DNA of 64,000 bases, taken from Sphaerodactylus townsendi (taxonomy: Eukaryota). The notes under the pieces are model-generated. The model saw nothing but the letters and a program-made list of their open reading frames with translations, had not been told where the DNA came from and did no database searches. Position 1 is the stretch's first letter. Each line of letters opens with the position of its first letter. The stretch is from the NCBI RefSeq assembly GCF_021028975.2, contig NC_059439.1, positions 22,258,001 to 22,322,000 on the forward strand, given 5' to 3'. Positions 43,346 to 54,791 of the stretch are shown in pieces. The translations under genes and the position numbers were made by a program.

Positions 43346-45273
43346 ACCATCTGCAGCAAATAAATCCACACCTATTGCTACATTAGATTTCTTCCATTAT
43401 GACTAAACCCAACTGCTAATTGACATAGAATCAATATGTTAGGATGTGAAAAAAAGATGTCTATGAGTTATGGAAGAAGTCGAAGAAATACCATGAATAA
43501 CATGAACAGAATTAAAGCTCTTTCATCTTTCTCATTGTTTATATCTCTGTATGGAAATGTTGAGATGCCTGACGTTCAGAGACCCAGATATACTTGCCAT
43601 ATTGTGGTAAGATGTGTGATTAATTTGTAAAATTAAGTCTGATTACTTGGATTTTTAAAATCAAATTCAGATCTTTGAAATCATATGCTCATGCCTGACA
43701 TTTCCCTCCAGTAAGGAGAATCAAGGTGGCCTACAAGCTTATCTCCCTTCCTTCTACCACAACAGGCACTTTGTGAGATAGATATGGCTAAGAGAGTTCT
43801 GAAGAACTGTGACTAGCCCAAGGTCACCCAGCTGGAATGTAGGAGTACAAAAACATATCTGGCTCGTGAGATAAGCCTCTGCCACTCAGGTGGAGGGGTT
43901 CGGAATCAAACCTGATTCTCCCAATCAACCTGCACTTAACCACTTCACCCCATCTCCATAATAAAGCTTGAGTCTGATTACTTGGATTTTAAGAATCTAA
44001 TTCAGACCTTTCAAATCAGACCCTTTAAGCTGGAAGACCATAATTCCAAGGTCACTGAAGACGAGACTGACCATAAAGATAAGTGAATGAGGTGATCGTC
44101 TGTTTACCAGGCTTTAATAATTGCAATATTAATCAGAATGGTTTTAANNNNNNNNNNNNNNNNNNNNNNNNNNNNNNNNNNNNNNNNNNNNNNNNNNNNN
44201 NNNNNNNNNNNNNNNNNNNNNNNNNNNNNNNNNNNNNNNNNNNNNNNNNNNNNNNNNNNNNNNNNNNNNNNNNNNNNNNNNNNNNNNNNNNNNNNNNNNN
44301 NNTTCTATATTGCCTGGGAATGGACATGCTAATTCACCTACAATGGTAAAAAATGTTCAGCCAACCCTGAGGGAATCTCAGGTAAAGGAGCCTGGAATTT
44401 TAATTTGTGTGTAATATGTAGATTACCTTTTACTGTGTTCTAACAAAAACCAATTGTGTGCAAGGTATCTGCTGTGATGCAAGGGACAAGATATCTTGTA
44501 CAAATGTTCTGCCCCAAGCCCACTTCCAGTTTCCTTTTTCCCCACACCAAGGAACTTCATTTTAAGTGCCGCTTTAATGTTCTTCGTCAACAGAGCGAAG
44601 GCAGGTAACCCAGTGGCCAGAGATTTGACATGAAATCTTCCCTCCATCTACTGCCAGCCTACCCAACTTCACCCTTCCCATTCCCTTAGACTGCCATAGA
44701 AACCTCTTTCTTTCCCCTCCCTGTTGTGAATGACCCTTCCTGCTTCTTCCTCATTCTGCCAGACCATTTTTCCACCTCCTGTTTTTTGCCCTTGATCCCC
44801 CTCCTCCTCCTGATTTCTATGTGCTAGGAAAAATGAGGCGCAGAACAGTTTGCATTTAACAGCGCATGGGAAAGTGGTGATTGGAAATCAGGAGAGTGTT
44901 CCAAAGGTGAATCACATTGTTCCAAGTAGCCTGCATACTGCTATTTCAGACCCTCATCCTTCCTGTCAGAGAATGGAAACAGTGGGTTGGAACTGGACAG
45001 GGAATCTTTTCAGATATACTATTTCAGTGTTTGTTATTTATTATACTGTGATATTGATATCAATATATCAATGTAAATATTGTAAAAATGATGATTTTGT
45101 GCATTTTAAAAGCGGGATTGTGTTCCAATAATCAAAACAAACCCACCTCCATAATAAAGATTTATTAAAAATTATATCGGGAATCTCTGCTCAGATGTTA
45201 ATAGTACTACCAAGAATAGATCATACTCTATACCTAATTTTTCATGGATAAATGCTAGTTGGGGTCTCTAGAT

Positions 45274-45912
45274 CAGGGGTCCCCAAACTTTTTAAACCAG
45301 GGGCCAGTTCACTGTCCCTCAGACTGTTGGAGGGCCGGACTAAAAAAAACTATGAACAAATTCCTATGCACGAATGATTGTAAAATGTTTGATTTCACCT
45401 TTCAACCTTTCTGTCATGGTCTATTTTTAGAACAGTGACCAAAGTATGTCAAGTATAGGGTGGGCTCCAAATATTGTTGGGGAGGCTGTAGAATACCTTC
45501 CCCTGTAAAAAAAAAAAAGCAGAACTCCCAATGAAACATTCCATCTAACCCAGGATCAGGTATCTTCCTGGGTTCTTTCCTCCCTAGCAGCCAGCGATCG
45601 ATTCACCAGCCTGGCTGATGCCAATGGGAGTGAGGCGGAACAGAAAGCCTGAGAGCAACACATGGAGTAGCTGAGAGGGAAGGGTGGAGCAGGCGTTGCC
45701 ACATGTAAGGTTTCCAACTCTGGGTCAGAAAATTCATGGAGATTTGGGGGTGCCATCATGTAACTGCAATCAACAGCCGTTGGGACCGGTTCCTCCTCTC
45801 CCTCGAGCCCCCACTGCACATGAATGGAGCCATCGCCGCCATGCCTGGCGAGCCAGATAAATGCCTTCAGGGGGCCACATGTGGCCCCCGGGCAGTAGTT
45901 TGGGGACCCCTG
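45274..45912. mobile_element. hAT-Charlie-type non-autonomous transposon, right-arm specific
   Basis: 8-bp TSD CTCTAGAT; TIR CAGGGGTCCCCAAACT; empty site near 29490. Confidence 0.92.
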
Positions 45913-46081
45913 CTCTAGATGAATGAGCCAATTGGTTTATTAAATTTTCTAAATATTTGGCTCAGGGGTTTTCATTGTGGCTTGAATAAATCCTGATCTG
46001 TGCCGAATCAGGTTTTTTTCTGCATTTTTTGCTAATTCAGCTTTACCTAATAAACAAGCCTAATTCTGAGGTCGAGATGGG

Positions 46082-47101
46082 TCAACCCAATTTTTGTAGA
46101 AAAGCTTTGCTGGGAAATATTTTAGGAAAATGCCCACAATTAGACAGTTTCAATAAAGCAGTCTTGATTTCCGTGTTTCTCATGCTATAAATGAATGGGT
46201 TGAGCAAAGGAGGGACTACTGCATAAATTATTGCAAAAAGAGCATTCAGGATGGATGAAGAGTATCTGTGAGGTCTCACATAGGCAAAGATTCCACTGAA
46301 TACAAATAAAGAGACCACAGTGAGGTGAGGAAGGCAAGTAGACATGGCCTTTTTCTGAGCACGCACGGAAGGGATTCTGAGCACTGCTGCAAAAATCTGC
46401 AAGTAGGTGACAATGATGAAGATGAAACATCCTAGTGCAAGGGAACAACTAAACATAACAAAACCAACTTCAACAAGATACATATCTGAACAGGCGAGTT
46501 TTAGCATCTGTGGTATTTCACAGAAGAGCTGATCAATCATGTTGGAGCAAAAAGTGATGGCAAAAGTTCCCCAAGTGTGTAACATACCATTGAGTATACC
46601 AACAATCCATGCACTGACTGCCATCTGAATGCAGGCATCTTTGTGCATAATGGTCTCATATTGCAGTGGATTGCAGATAGCCACATACCGATCGTATGCC
46701 ATTACTGTTAGAATTGCTAAATCTGCCCCTAGAAATAGAACAAGGCAGAAAACTTGAGCTACACATCCTGAATAAGAAATTGACCTGCTGTTCATGAGGG
46801 AATTGGCCATGGCTTTGGGCACCATGACAGAAACTGAGCCAAGGTCCAGAATGGCCAAATTCATGAGAAAGAAGTACATGGGGGTGTGCAGATGATGGTC
46901 CAAGGATACAGCAAGGATGATTAGAAGATTGCCAGTCACTGCAGTCAAGTATACTGCGAAGAACACAAAGAAGTGTAACATCTGTAGATCTCGGATGTCA
47001 GACAATTCCAAGAGCATGAAGTGAGATGTGGAGGTAAGATTGGGTATTGTACCCTCAATATCCAACTTCAGACTATATGCAGGATGTATTACAGAAATCA
47101 T
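46082..47101 (-). CDS. Olfactory receptor, family 14-like, 339 aa (OR-B'); start codon uncertain
   Basis: Full OR motif set including MAYDRY; inverted duplicate of 28269-29267. Confidence 0.9.
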   Translation of the reverse strand: MISVIHPAYSLKLDIEGTIPNLTSTSHFMLLELSDIRDLQMLHFFVFFAVYLTAVTGNLLIILAVSLDHHLHTPMYFFLMNLAILDLGSVSVMVPKAMANSLMNSRSISYSGCVAQVFCLVLFLGADLAILTVMAYDRYVAICNPLQYETIMHKDACIQMAVSAWIVGILNGMLHTWGTFAITFCSNMIDQLFCEIPQMLKLACSDMYLVEVGFVMFSCSLALGCFIFIIVTYLQIFAAVLRIPSVRAQKKAMSTCLPHLTVVSLFVFSGIFAYVRPHRYSSSILNALFAIIYAVVPPLLNPFIYSMRNTEIKTALLKLSNCGHFPKIFPSKAFLQKLG

Positions 47102-48533
47102 TTTATTCCAGTAATATCGATTAGCTATTAGTCAGGCTTGCTTGTTTTACATTTCTTGTCTTCCAGGCAGTTCTGTACTGAACTGAATATACAGTAAATC
47201 AGACATTCCTCATCATGGACATAGCAATGTTTCTCTTTCTGCTGTCCTCAAGAAAAGTCTCATGTTAAAATGTTAAAATACACTGACATATTCTTGTACA
47301 ATTTTCATATTTATAGTCTGACTATTTAGTCAGAAACTACATCAGACATCACAAACTGACTTGATATTTCCGCAGCTTATGCATGCATGGATGTGTTGCA
47401 TATAGTATGATCTATCCATGGAAAATGAGGCAGTGGATATTGTCCTGATCAACAATCCAATTTCTTCTTCTATACTTAAAGGTTCTGTTGCAACTTTGGA
47501 TTTTTGCTCAGTGCAACAATTTCAACTAGTAATAGTGGATGGAAAAAGATAACTTAAAATTTTCTGCAATTATTCTATACACACAAACAGACTCACTTAT
47601 GAATGGTCTAGTATTTTAAATGTTGAATATCTTGGAGGAGGCAGTATTCCAAGTTGTTCTATTTTCTTCTTTTCCACCTGAGATCTCCTGTGTCAGATTC
47701 GTCTGAGATAGACACTGAGTTTTCAAATATCGTGTCTTCATTCCATGTGCTCATATTGAAAGATTGTTGAGTAGAGTGAAGTGCAAACACAAAATTCAGA
47801 ACAGACTTGGGTTCAGGAAGCTGTGATACAGAGCAAAAGACATCAGCACTACAAAAACATAAGAAGAAAATATGGAAAAACTTTGATAACATCAAAATCA
47901 ATTTCTTTTCCAGTTGCTTAAATACATACATCCTTTCACCGAAGTCATTATATTGATCTCGTTGTGGGAATTGCTAAAATATCTGATTTTTATCTAACCA
48001 GTACCAAAATGGCTGTAGAGATGAGAAAGAGATCCATTTATATGGTGTGCTTGGCAACTTATTCCCAGAGTTCAGCTCACCTAAGTACAATCTGAGGCTG
48101 AAACCCTTTTCCCTCTGGTATATTGTTTCTTCGGTTTTTCTAACACACATAACTTGATAATTAATACAACTTGTCTGAGTACATGAGATAAGATCAATGT
48201 CATGAGATGAAAAATCCACACCTATTACATCAGGTTTCTTTTATTAAGACTAAATCCAGTTGCTAAGTGACACAAAATCAATATGCTAGGCCAGGGTGTG
48301 CAAAGAAGGTGTCTGAGGCTGCAAGAAAGATGAAGAAATGACATGAATAACACGAGTAGAAATAAAGCTCTTTGGCCTCTCTCATTTGCAGGAAAATATT
48401 TGCATTTTGTATGGAAATGTTGGGATGTGTAACACCCAGGGACCCAGATATATGTATCTTGTGGTCGTTAGATGTGTAATTAATTTTTTGAAATCAAGCC
48501 TGGTTACTTGGGTATCAACTAGATATCAAGAAT

Positions 48534-48751
48534 GGGCCTTTCCCCACTTACTGTAAGCCCCGCCCTACTTGAGGAGAGTAGCACGGGGTTCCTCCTCCCT
48601 CCCTTCCCCTTAGCGCGCGGCATCCCAGGCGCTCTTCCGAACGGCGCCTTTTGACGACCCCGCACAGAGCGCGGGGTCGTGGGGACGCCTGGGCGCGCGC
48701 CTGAGAGCAGCGCGCGGCATAGTGGGGATGGAAGGGAGTGGGGAAAGGCCC
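48534..48751. mobile_element. Harbinger-like MITE, right-arm specific
   Basis: Perfect 15-bp TIR GGGCCTTTCCCCACT; 3-bp TSD AAT; empty site near 26840; CpG-rich. Confidence 0.88.
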
Positions 48752-49222
48752 AATCTCAATCAGATCTTTCAAATCAGACCCTTTGAGTTGAAAGATGCCA
48801 GGTGCCAGGGGATCAAAGTCCACCCTGACCATATAGATAGGTGGTCATCTGGGGTGCCAGGTTTTAAGAAATGAGAAATGAGAAGGTTATTTCCTTTATT
48901 TTTTTCAACCAAACATCTATCTCCATTTTGTCTCCAGATTTCTGATTTTTCTCTATTGTCTGACAGATGCCAGGGAATCAAAGTCCAGCCTGATTTTTCT
49001 CTATCCAATGCTAGTCCATGTTCACGAGTTCAAGTGAAAAAGAAATTACTCATTCAAATCCTGCCAGATCTAACCCACCCAGCAGGATGCAAATACTCTC
49101 CCATCAGATTGAGCTTGGAAACTTCAGAACTAAGTGGCCATATTTTACTCTTGCCCGAATATAATATACATAGCACAATGCATAACACAGGCCTTTAAGC
49201 TTACCATTTCATAACTAAACCT

Positions 49223-49618
49223 GGCCCCTTCCGCACGGGCAGAATACGGCGCCCTGGGGATGGCAAAAATGCCGTCCCCAGGGAGCCATTCGCACAGGGG
49301 GCGCAGCTGCTTTGCAGCCGCGCCACCCTCGCTCCGCCCGAGAGGTGCGAAGCCACCGTTTTCCAACCTCACTTGCCAAGCGAGGTTTATGGAAAATGGC
49401 AGCTTGGAGCTGCTGCCATGCGAACGGCAGCGGCTCCAAGGTGCCTTCCCTCCCCCCATGTCCTGGCGACCTACCTGTCCTGCGGCCCTCTGGTGCGTCG
49501 CCAAGGCCTGGGGACATGCCCCCTCTGCCCTGCGACTCTGGAGTGGTCAGTCCCAGAGGGGTCGGGTTGGCGTCATCTACGCCGACCCGACCCCTTCCAC
49601 CGCCGTACGGAAACGGCC
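49223..49618. mobile_element. Harbinger-like MITE (GC-rich family), right-arm specific
   Basis: TIR GGCCCCTTCCGCACGG / CCGTACGGAAACGGCC; TSD CCT; empty site near 26355; related to 62928-63433. Confidence 0.88.
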
Positions 49619-50314
49619 CCTGTTTTACAATACTGAATTAGGGATGAGAGCTGAATTGAAAATTTCTTTATGGAACAACAAGTGATAAATAAATTGTTTT
49701 AATGGTGATCATCCTGTGGTTCAGCTTATCCTAAAGACTTGATTCCAACAATTCAATTGTATGATTACTCTTCTAGGGGGTGGGGGGGAAGCTACATTTC
49801 CCAACTTGTACTTCTTGACCCTTCTCCTGTTTTCAGTCTTATCTATTTCTATGATCTATAGTCCTCTACACTGGGACATATTTACCTTCCCAGGTAAATT
49901 CTTGGGTCTTGACTTGATATTGTAGGGATGGTGCATTACTGCAGCCCACCCAAATCTCTGAAGAAGGCAGGGAACATGGGCTTGTATTCAGCCAAAGATT
50001 AAGGACCTGTAGGTTTTCTTAAGTGGTAGTGGCAATTTTATCTAAATTCTCCCTCTCATTGCAGACCTAATTTACCCCAGAACAGAGATTCAGAGGATTA
50101 CACAGGCAGTCCAATCCAGAGACAGTGGTGACCAGAGATGATGACACTGTGACTTCCCAGAATGGCTTCACCACCACCCACCTACACTGCCTCCAGAGGG
50201 CTTTCAGGTGGTGTGGGGAGGTTGCAAAACAGAAAAAAAAAACCCTTGGCTGCCTTGAAAGCCCTCCATAGGAATGTATGGAGTTATACCACCTTTGGGG
50301 TGACGTAAGTCTGA

Positions 50315-50866
50315 ATAGAATAGAATAGAATCTTTATTGGCCAAGTGTGATTGGACACACAAGGAATTTGTCTCCGGTGCATATGCTCTCAGTGTACATA
50401 AAAGAAAAATACATTTGTCAAGAATCATAAGGTTCAACACTTAATGATTGTCATATAGGTCTAGTAAGCAATCAAAAAACAATCAGTAGTACTAAAAACA
50501 TAAAATGTAAAGTCAAAAAATAAATGAAATGAAATGTCAGCACAATCATAAGTGGGAGGAGATGGGTAATAGGAATGATGAAAAAAGTAGTGCAGTAATT
50601 ATATAATAAATATATAATAAATAGTTTGACATTATCGAGGGAATTATTTGTTTAGCAGAGTGATGGCATTCGGGAAAAAACTGTTCTTATGTCTAGTTGT
50701 CTTGGTGTGCAGTGCTCTGTAGCGACGTTTAGAGGGTAAGAGTTGAAACAGTTTATGTCCAGGATGCGAGGGGTCAGTAACTATTTTCACCGCCCTTTTT
50801 TTGACCCGTGCAGTATACAGGTCCTCAATGGAAGGCAGGTTAGCAGCAATTGTTTTTTCTGCAGTT
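50315..50866 (-). mobile_element. Rex1/Babar-type LINE 3' fragment, right-arm specific
   Basis: LPSIEDLYTARVKKRAVKIVTDPSHPGHKLFQLLPSKRRYR...KNSFFPNAITLLN; (TTCTA)n tail; absent near 25667. Confidence 0.8.
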
Positions 50867-51571
50867 CTGGCCATAGCATTCCTGACTTGATACCTGGGTG
50901 AAAGCTGACTACAGTCAGCTCCACCCCTGGGAACAGCCTGCCCCCCACCCCATGCCAGTGACTTCTCAGATGCCAGCATAGTTCCACAGTGGTTCCCATT
51001 TCTGGATTCTGCCACTGCAGAGTTGTATGGTGCCCAGATGCTGGCAGGGCTGTTCCTTACACTGACGAAAAGAGCAAATGCACCTTTATGGCCCTGCACC
51101 AGCTCTATTGGCTAATTTGTTCTCTTTCATTGGATTTGGCTGTATAGGGTTCTGGCTAATACCCTTGCAATTAGACCTTTGTCAATGCCTTCCCTGCCTC
51201 TGCTTGATTCTTCATACAAATAAACGGGCTTGTCACTCGGATCTTCCCCAGTACTCTCTGGAGAAGGATCCCATATACAGAGCACACAGATCAGCTGTGA
51301 GTCAAATCTCATGCATTGATAGGATGGCAGTTAGTGAGTAGCAGACCATCACACCATCTTTCCCCTTCTGAACTTCTCTTTGTATGTTTTGCCATCCATG
51401 TCCCATACTAGTCATCTTTTTTCTATATGTATGTTTTAATTCTCCATCCTCTTGAGTATGTGTGCTTGACTCTGTTGTCTGTGGCAGCAATTTTATAGCA
51501 GCACCTACCACCCTGCCTCAAATTCCAAAAGTGTTCAGATATGTAATTATGGTGGGGATCCCTGACACAAA

Positions 51572-51712
51572 GGCTCATTTTGCACATGCAGAATAATGCA
51601 TTTTAAAACTGCTTTCAGTGCTCTTTGAAGCTGTGCGGAATAGCAAAAGCCACTTGCAAACAGTTGTGAAAGTGGTTTGAAAACGCATTATTTTGCGTGT
51701 GCGGAAGGGGCC
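51572..51712. mobile_element. 141-bp Harbinger-like MITE, right-arm specific
   Basis: Same family as 22970-23110; TSD AAA/AGA; empty site GACAC-AGA-GAATC near 24810. Confidence 0.85.
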
Positions 51713-52085
51713 AGAGAATCTGCTACAGGGATGATATAACAATCTGTGTGACTGATAAAATGAATATAATGCTTGAATGCTCTTGATCTTTGATGCATGG
51801 GAGAACATATGAAGAAATATGATCCCTTATGTTTATTGAGACCTGTAGAAAGGAAATATTGCCCAATTCTTGCTGTAATGCTGGATAAAAGTATAACCCA
51901 AAGCAAAGGGAAAACCTTGAAATGGCTGGGTTCATTTCTCCAGGGTTGAGGACAGAGAGTAGCAATTGGTGAGAAGACTTCAACTCACTGTTTGTCGGTG
52001 TGCAGAGTTCCACAAGGATCAATTATTTCACAAGACTGTTTGATATCTATATGTGTTAATATCTATATGTTTAATATAATCTCAC

Positions 52086-52279
52086 CAGTGGTGGGATCCA
52101 AAAATTTTAATAACAGGTTCCGATGGTGGTGGGATTCAAACAGTGGCGCCACCACACACACGCACCTCCAGTCCCTATTGGGCAGGGAGGTTGCTTTAGT
52201 AACCCCTTCTCGGCACTCAGAAAAAAATTAGTAACCACTTCTAGAGAAGTGGGTGAGAACTGGTTGGATCCCACCTCTG
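52086..52279. mobile_element. hAT MITE (duplicate of 24247-24439)
   Basis: TSD AATCTCAC on both sides. Confidence 0.85.
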
Positions 52280-52289
52280 AATCTCACCA

Positions 52290-52975
52290 GGTTTATCTGG
52301 AGGTTTAACTGGATTGTCATCAGTAAGCTACTGACACACCTATCTGTTGATGGGGGGTTATCCAGGAGCTGCCCCAGAAGTTCTAGTCAGTTGTTTAGAG
52401 ACTGTGGAGGGGTAGATAAAAGAGAGCTGACTAAAGTTAAATCCAATGAAGACTGAGGACATGTGGCTGGATTGATATGGTTTGATGGGGATTACTGGCT
52501 GCCAACCCTAGACAGTCTCCAGGTGCAGGCTTTGTCAACTATTAAAAGTCTGGAGGTGCTCCAGGATACTTCTTTAACTATGCAGGTTCAGATAGCACAC
52601 ATAGCTCATATAGCATTTTTTCATCAATACCAGGCAAAGCAGCTGGCACCCTATCTTTCCCGGGCTGGGGCAACAGTGATCCACCCAACAGTCACCTCCA
52701 GGTTAGACTACTTCAATTCACTGTATGCAGGGCTACCCTTGGGTTTGCTCTAGAAGCTCCAGCTAGTCTAGAATGCAGCAGCGAGGGTTCTTACAGGAAC
52801 CCCATGGTGGGCATACATCCAACCAGTACTCCACCAGCTTCACTGGCTCCAGGTGGAGCACTGGATCAAATTCAAAGTGCTTGGACTAATATACAAAGCT
52901 TTAAATAATCTGGGGCCCGGGCCCACACACCTACAGGACCATCTCTCCTGGTACATTTCCAAAGAGTGCTTTGTT
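52290..52975 (+). mobile_element. Decayed L2 fragment (duplicate of 23575-24235)
   Basis: ATVIHPTVTSRLDYFNSLYAGLPL. Confidence 0.8.
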
Positions 52976-53837
52976 CAGCAAACAGAAAATGCAAGATTGT
53001 TTTTTTTTCCCCACATCACATAATCTTATGTAACAGAGAGTTCAACTAGGGTCTGGAATAAACAGATTGAAACTCCACTCTGCCACTGAAACTTGCTGGG
53101 CTATAACATGCTGCCTTCGCTCCCTCATTAATTCATAGGATCACCATAAATCAGAAGTGTCTGGATGGCACTTAACATACACAAGGCTGTAATTCTATGC
53201 ACATTTAGTAGGAAGAAAGTATTATCCTTGCTAGTAAACATGCACAGGACCAAAGCACACATTACCCGGGATACTTCAGCTATGAAATATTTATACCTGA
53301 AAGACTTGATGCAATGATCCCATTTAAAAATCCTAAATGTATTGCTTACATTTAAAACCAAGTTACCTTGGACTGGAAAAAAAAGTGTAATATCATATAT
53401 ATGCTATTAGTTCTTGGAAGAAAAGATGATCCATATAAATCTAAGTATCTTATAGAATGTACACCTTTGACAAAGATACACCCCGTGGAATTCACTAGAT
53501 TAAAAGAGAATAAACTAACATTTATGCTCTTATCTCATCCCCTTTATGTTCCCATTCCATTTTTCTGTTTCCAATTTTCTTCCACCAGTAGATCCTTCTA
53601 GATACAAATTTACAGTTTCAATATTTTTAAATTGCTTTAATTGTATCATGTCTATCTTATTCTGGTCTATGCGGATCTATGACCATAATAAAGACTGATT
53701 GATTGACCGATTACCTTGGACTGGGGAAAAGTATACTATCATATGCATTATTTCTTGGAAGAAAAGAAGATTCATACAAATTTTACCACCTTCTTATAGG
53801 ACACATTAAAAAGATACACAATGCTGAATTCACTAGA

Positions 53838-54791
53838 CTAAAAGAGAATAGTTGACATTTGCTGACTAGGACATAAGTTCCGTCCAAAATGCTTCCACAG
53901 TGCAGATCTAATTTCTTGATTTCTCATGCTATAGATCACCGGGTTCATCATGGGGGGAAGCACAGAATATAGAACAGCAATCATCATAGCTACATCATTT
54001 TGGGTCCTGTTTGTTGGGCACAGGTAAGCCAGGGTGCCCGTAAAGATGAACAAAGAGACAACAACGAGGTGAGGCAAGCAGGTAGAAAGAGCTTTCCTCC
54101 TTCCTTGCGCTGAAGGAATTCTTAGCACATTGGTGAAGATCTGCATGTAAGAAAAAATGATGAAGGAAAAGCAGCCAAAGGCCGCACAGGCAGCAAATAT
54201 AATGACCCCAAACTCCATTGTAACACTGTCATTGCAGGTGAGTTTCAGCAGTTGTGGTATTTCGCAGAAAAACTGGTGGACGGCATTGGAGCAAAAGGTG
54301 GTTGAGAAGGTGGCCCCGCTGTGTAATGCAGCGCAGAAAATTCCAATTATCCATGCACCGGCTGCCATTTGAACACAGGCTCCAGCGTTCATCATTGTCT
54401 CATATTGCAGTGGATTGCATATGGCGACATATCGATCATAAGCCATGACGGTGAGGAGCACCAAGTCAGTCATTGCAAAGAAGATGAGAAAAAAGACTTG
54501 GGAAACACATTCTGTATAGGAAATCAGTGTTGTATTCATGAGAGAATTGCTCATAGCTTTGGGAATGTTCACTGAGATATTGCCAATGTCTGCAATAGAT
54601 AAATTCATCAGAAAAAAGTACATAGGTGTGTGAAGATGGTGGTTGAGGGCTACAAGTATGATGATGATAAGATTCCCCATGATGGTGGCCAAATAAAGGA
54701 GAAGAAAGGCCACAAAGTGTAAAAGCTGCAGCTGCCGAACATCAGAGAAACCTAGAAGAAGGAAAACAGTTTCTGTGGTTTGGTTGGGCAT
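53838..54791 (-). CDS. Olfactory receptor, family 14-like, 317 aa (OR-A')
   Basis: MPNQT..., LHTPMYFFL, MAYDRYVAICNPL, KALSTCLPHL, PMMNPVIYSMRN; inverted duplicate of 21615-22568. Confidence 0.96.
   Translation of the reverse strand: MPNQTTETVFLLLGFSDVRQLQLLHFVAFLLLYLATIMGNLIIIILVALNHHLHTPMYFFLMNLSIADIGNISVNIPKAMSNSLMNTTLISYTECVSQVFFLIFFAMTDLVLLTVMAYDRYVAICNPLQYETMMNAGACVQMAAGAWIIGIFCAALHSGATFSTTFCSNAVHQFFCEIPQLLKLTCNDSVTMEFGVIIFAACAAFGCFSFIIFSYMQIFTNVLRIPSAQGRRKALSTCLPHLVVVSLFIFTGTLAYLCPTNRTQNDVAMMIAVLYSVLPPMMNPVIYSMRNQEIRSALWKHFGRNLCPSQQMSTILF

Noticed and set aside
50644-51099. 151-aa chimeric ORF
   Set aside because: Chance in-frame junction of host sequence with a Rex1 LINE 3' fragment.
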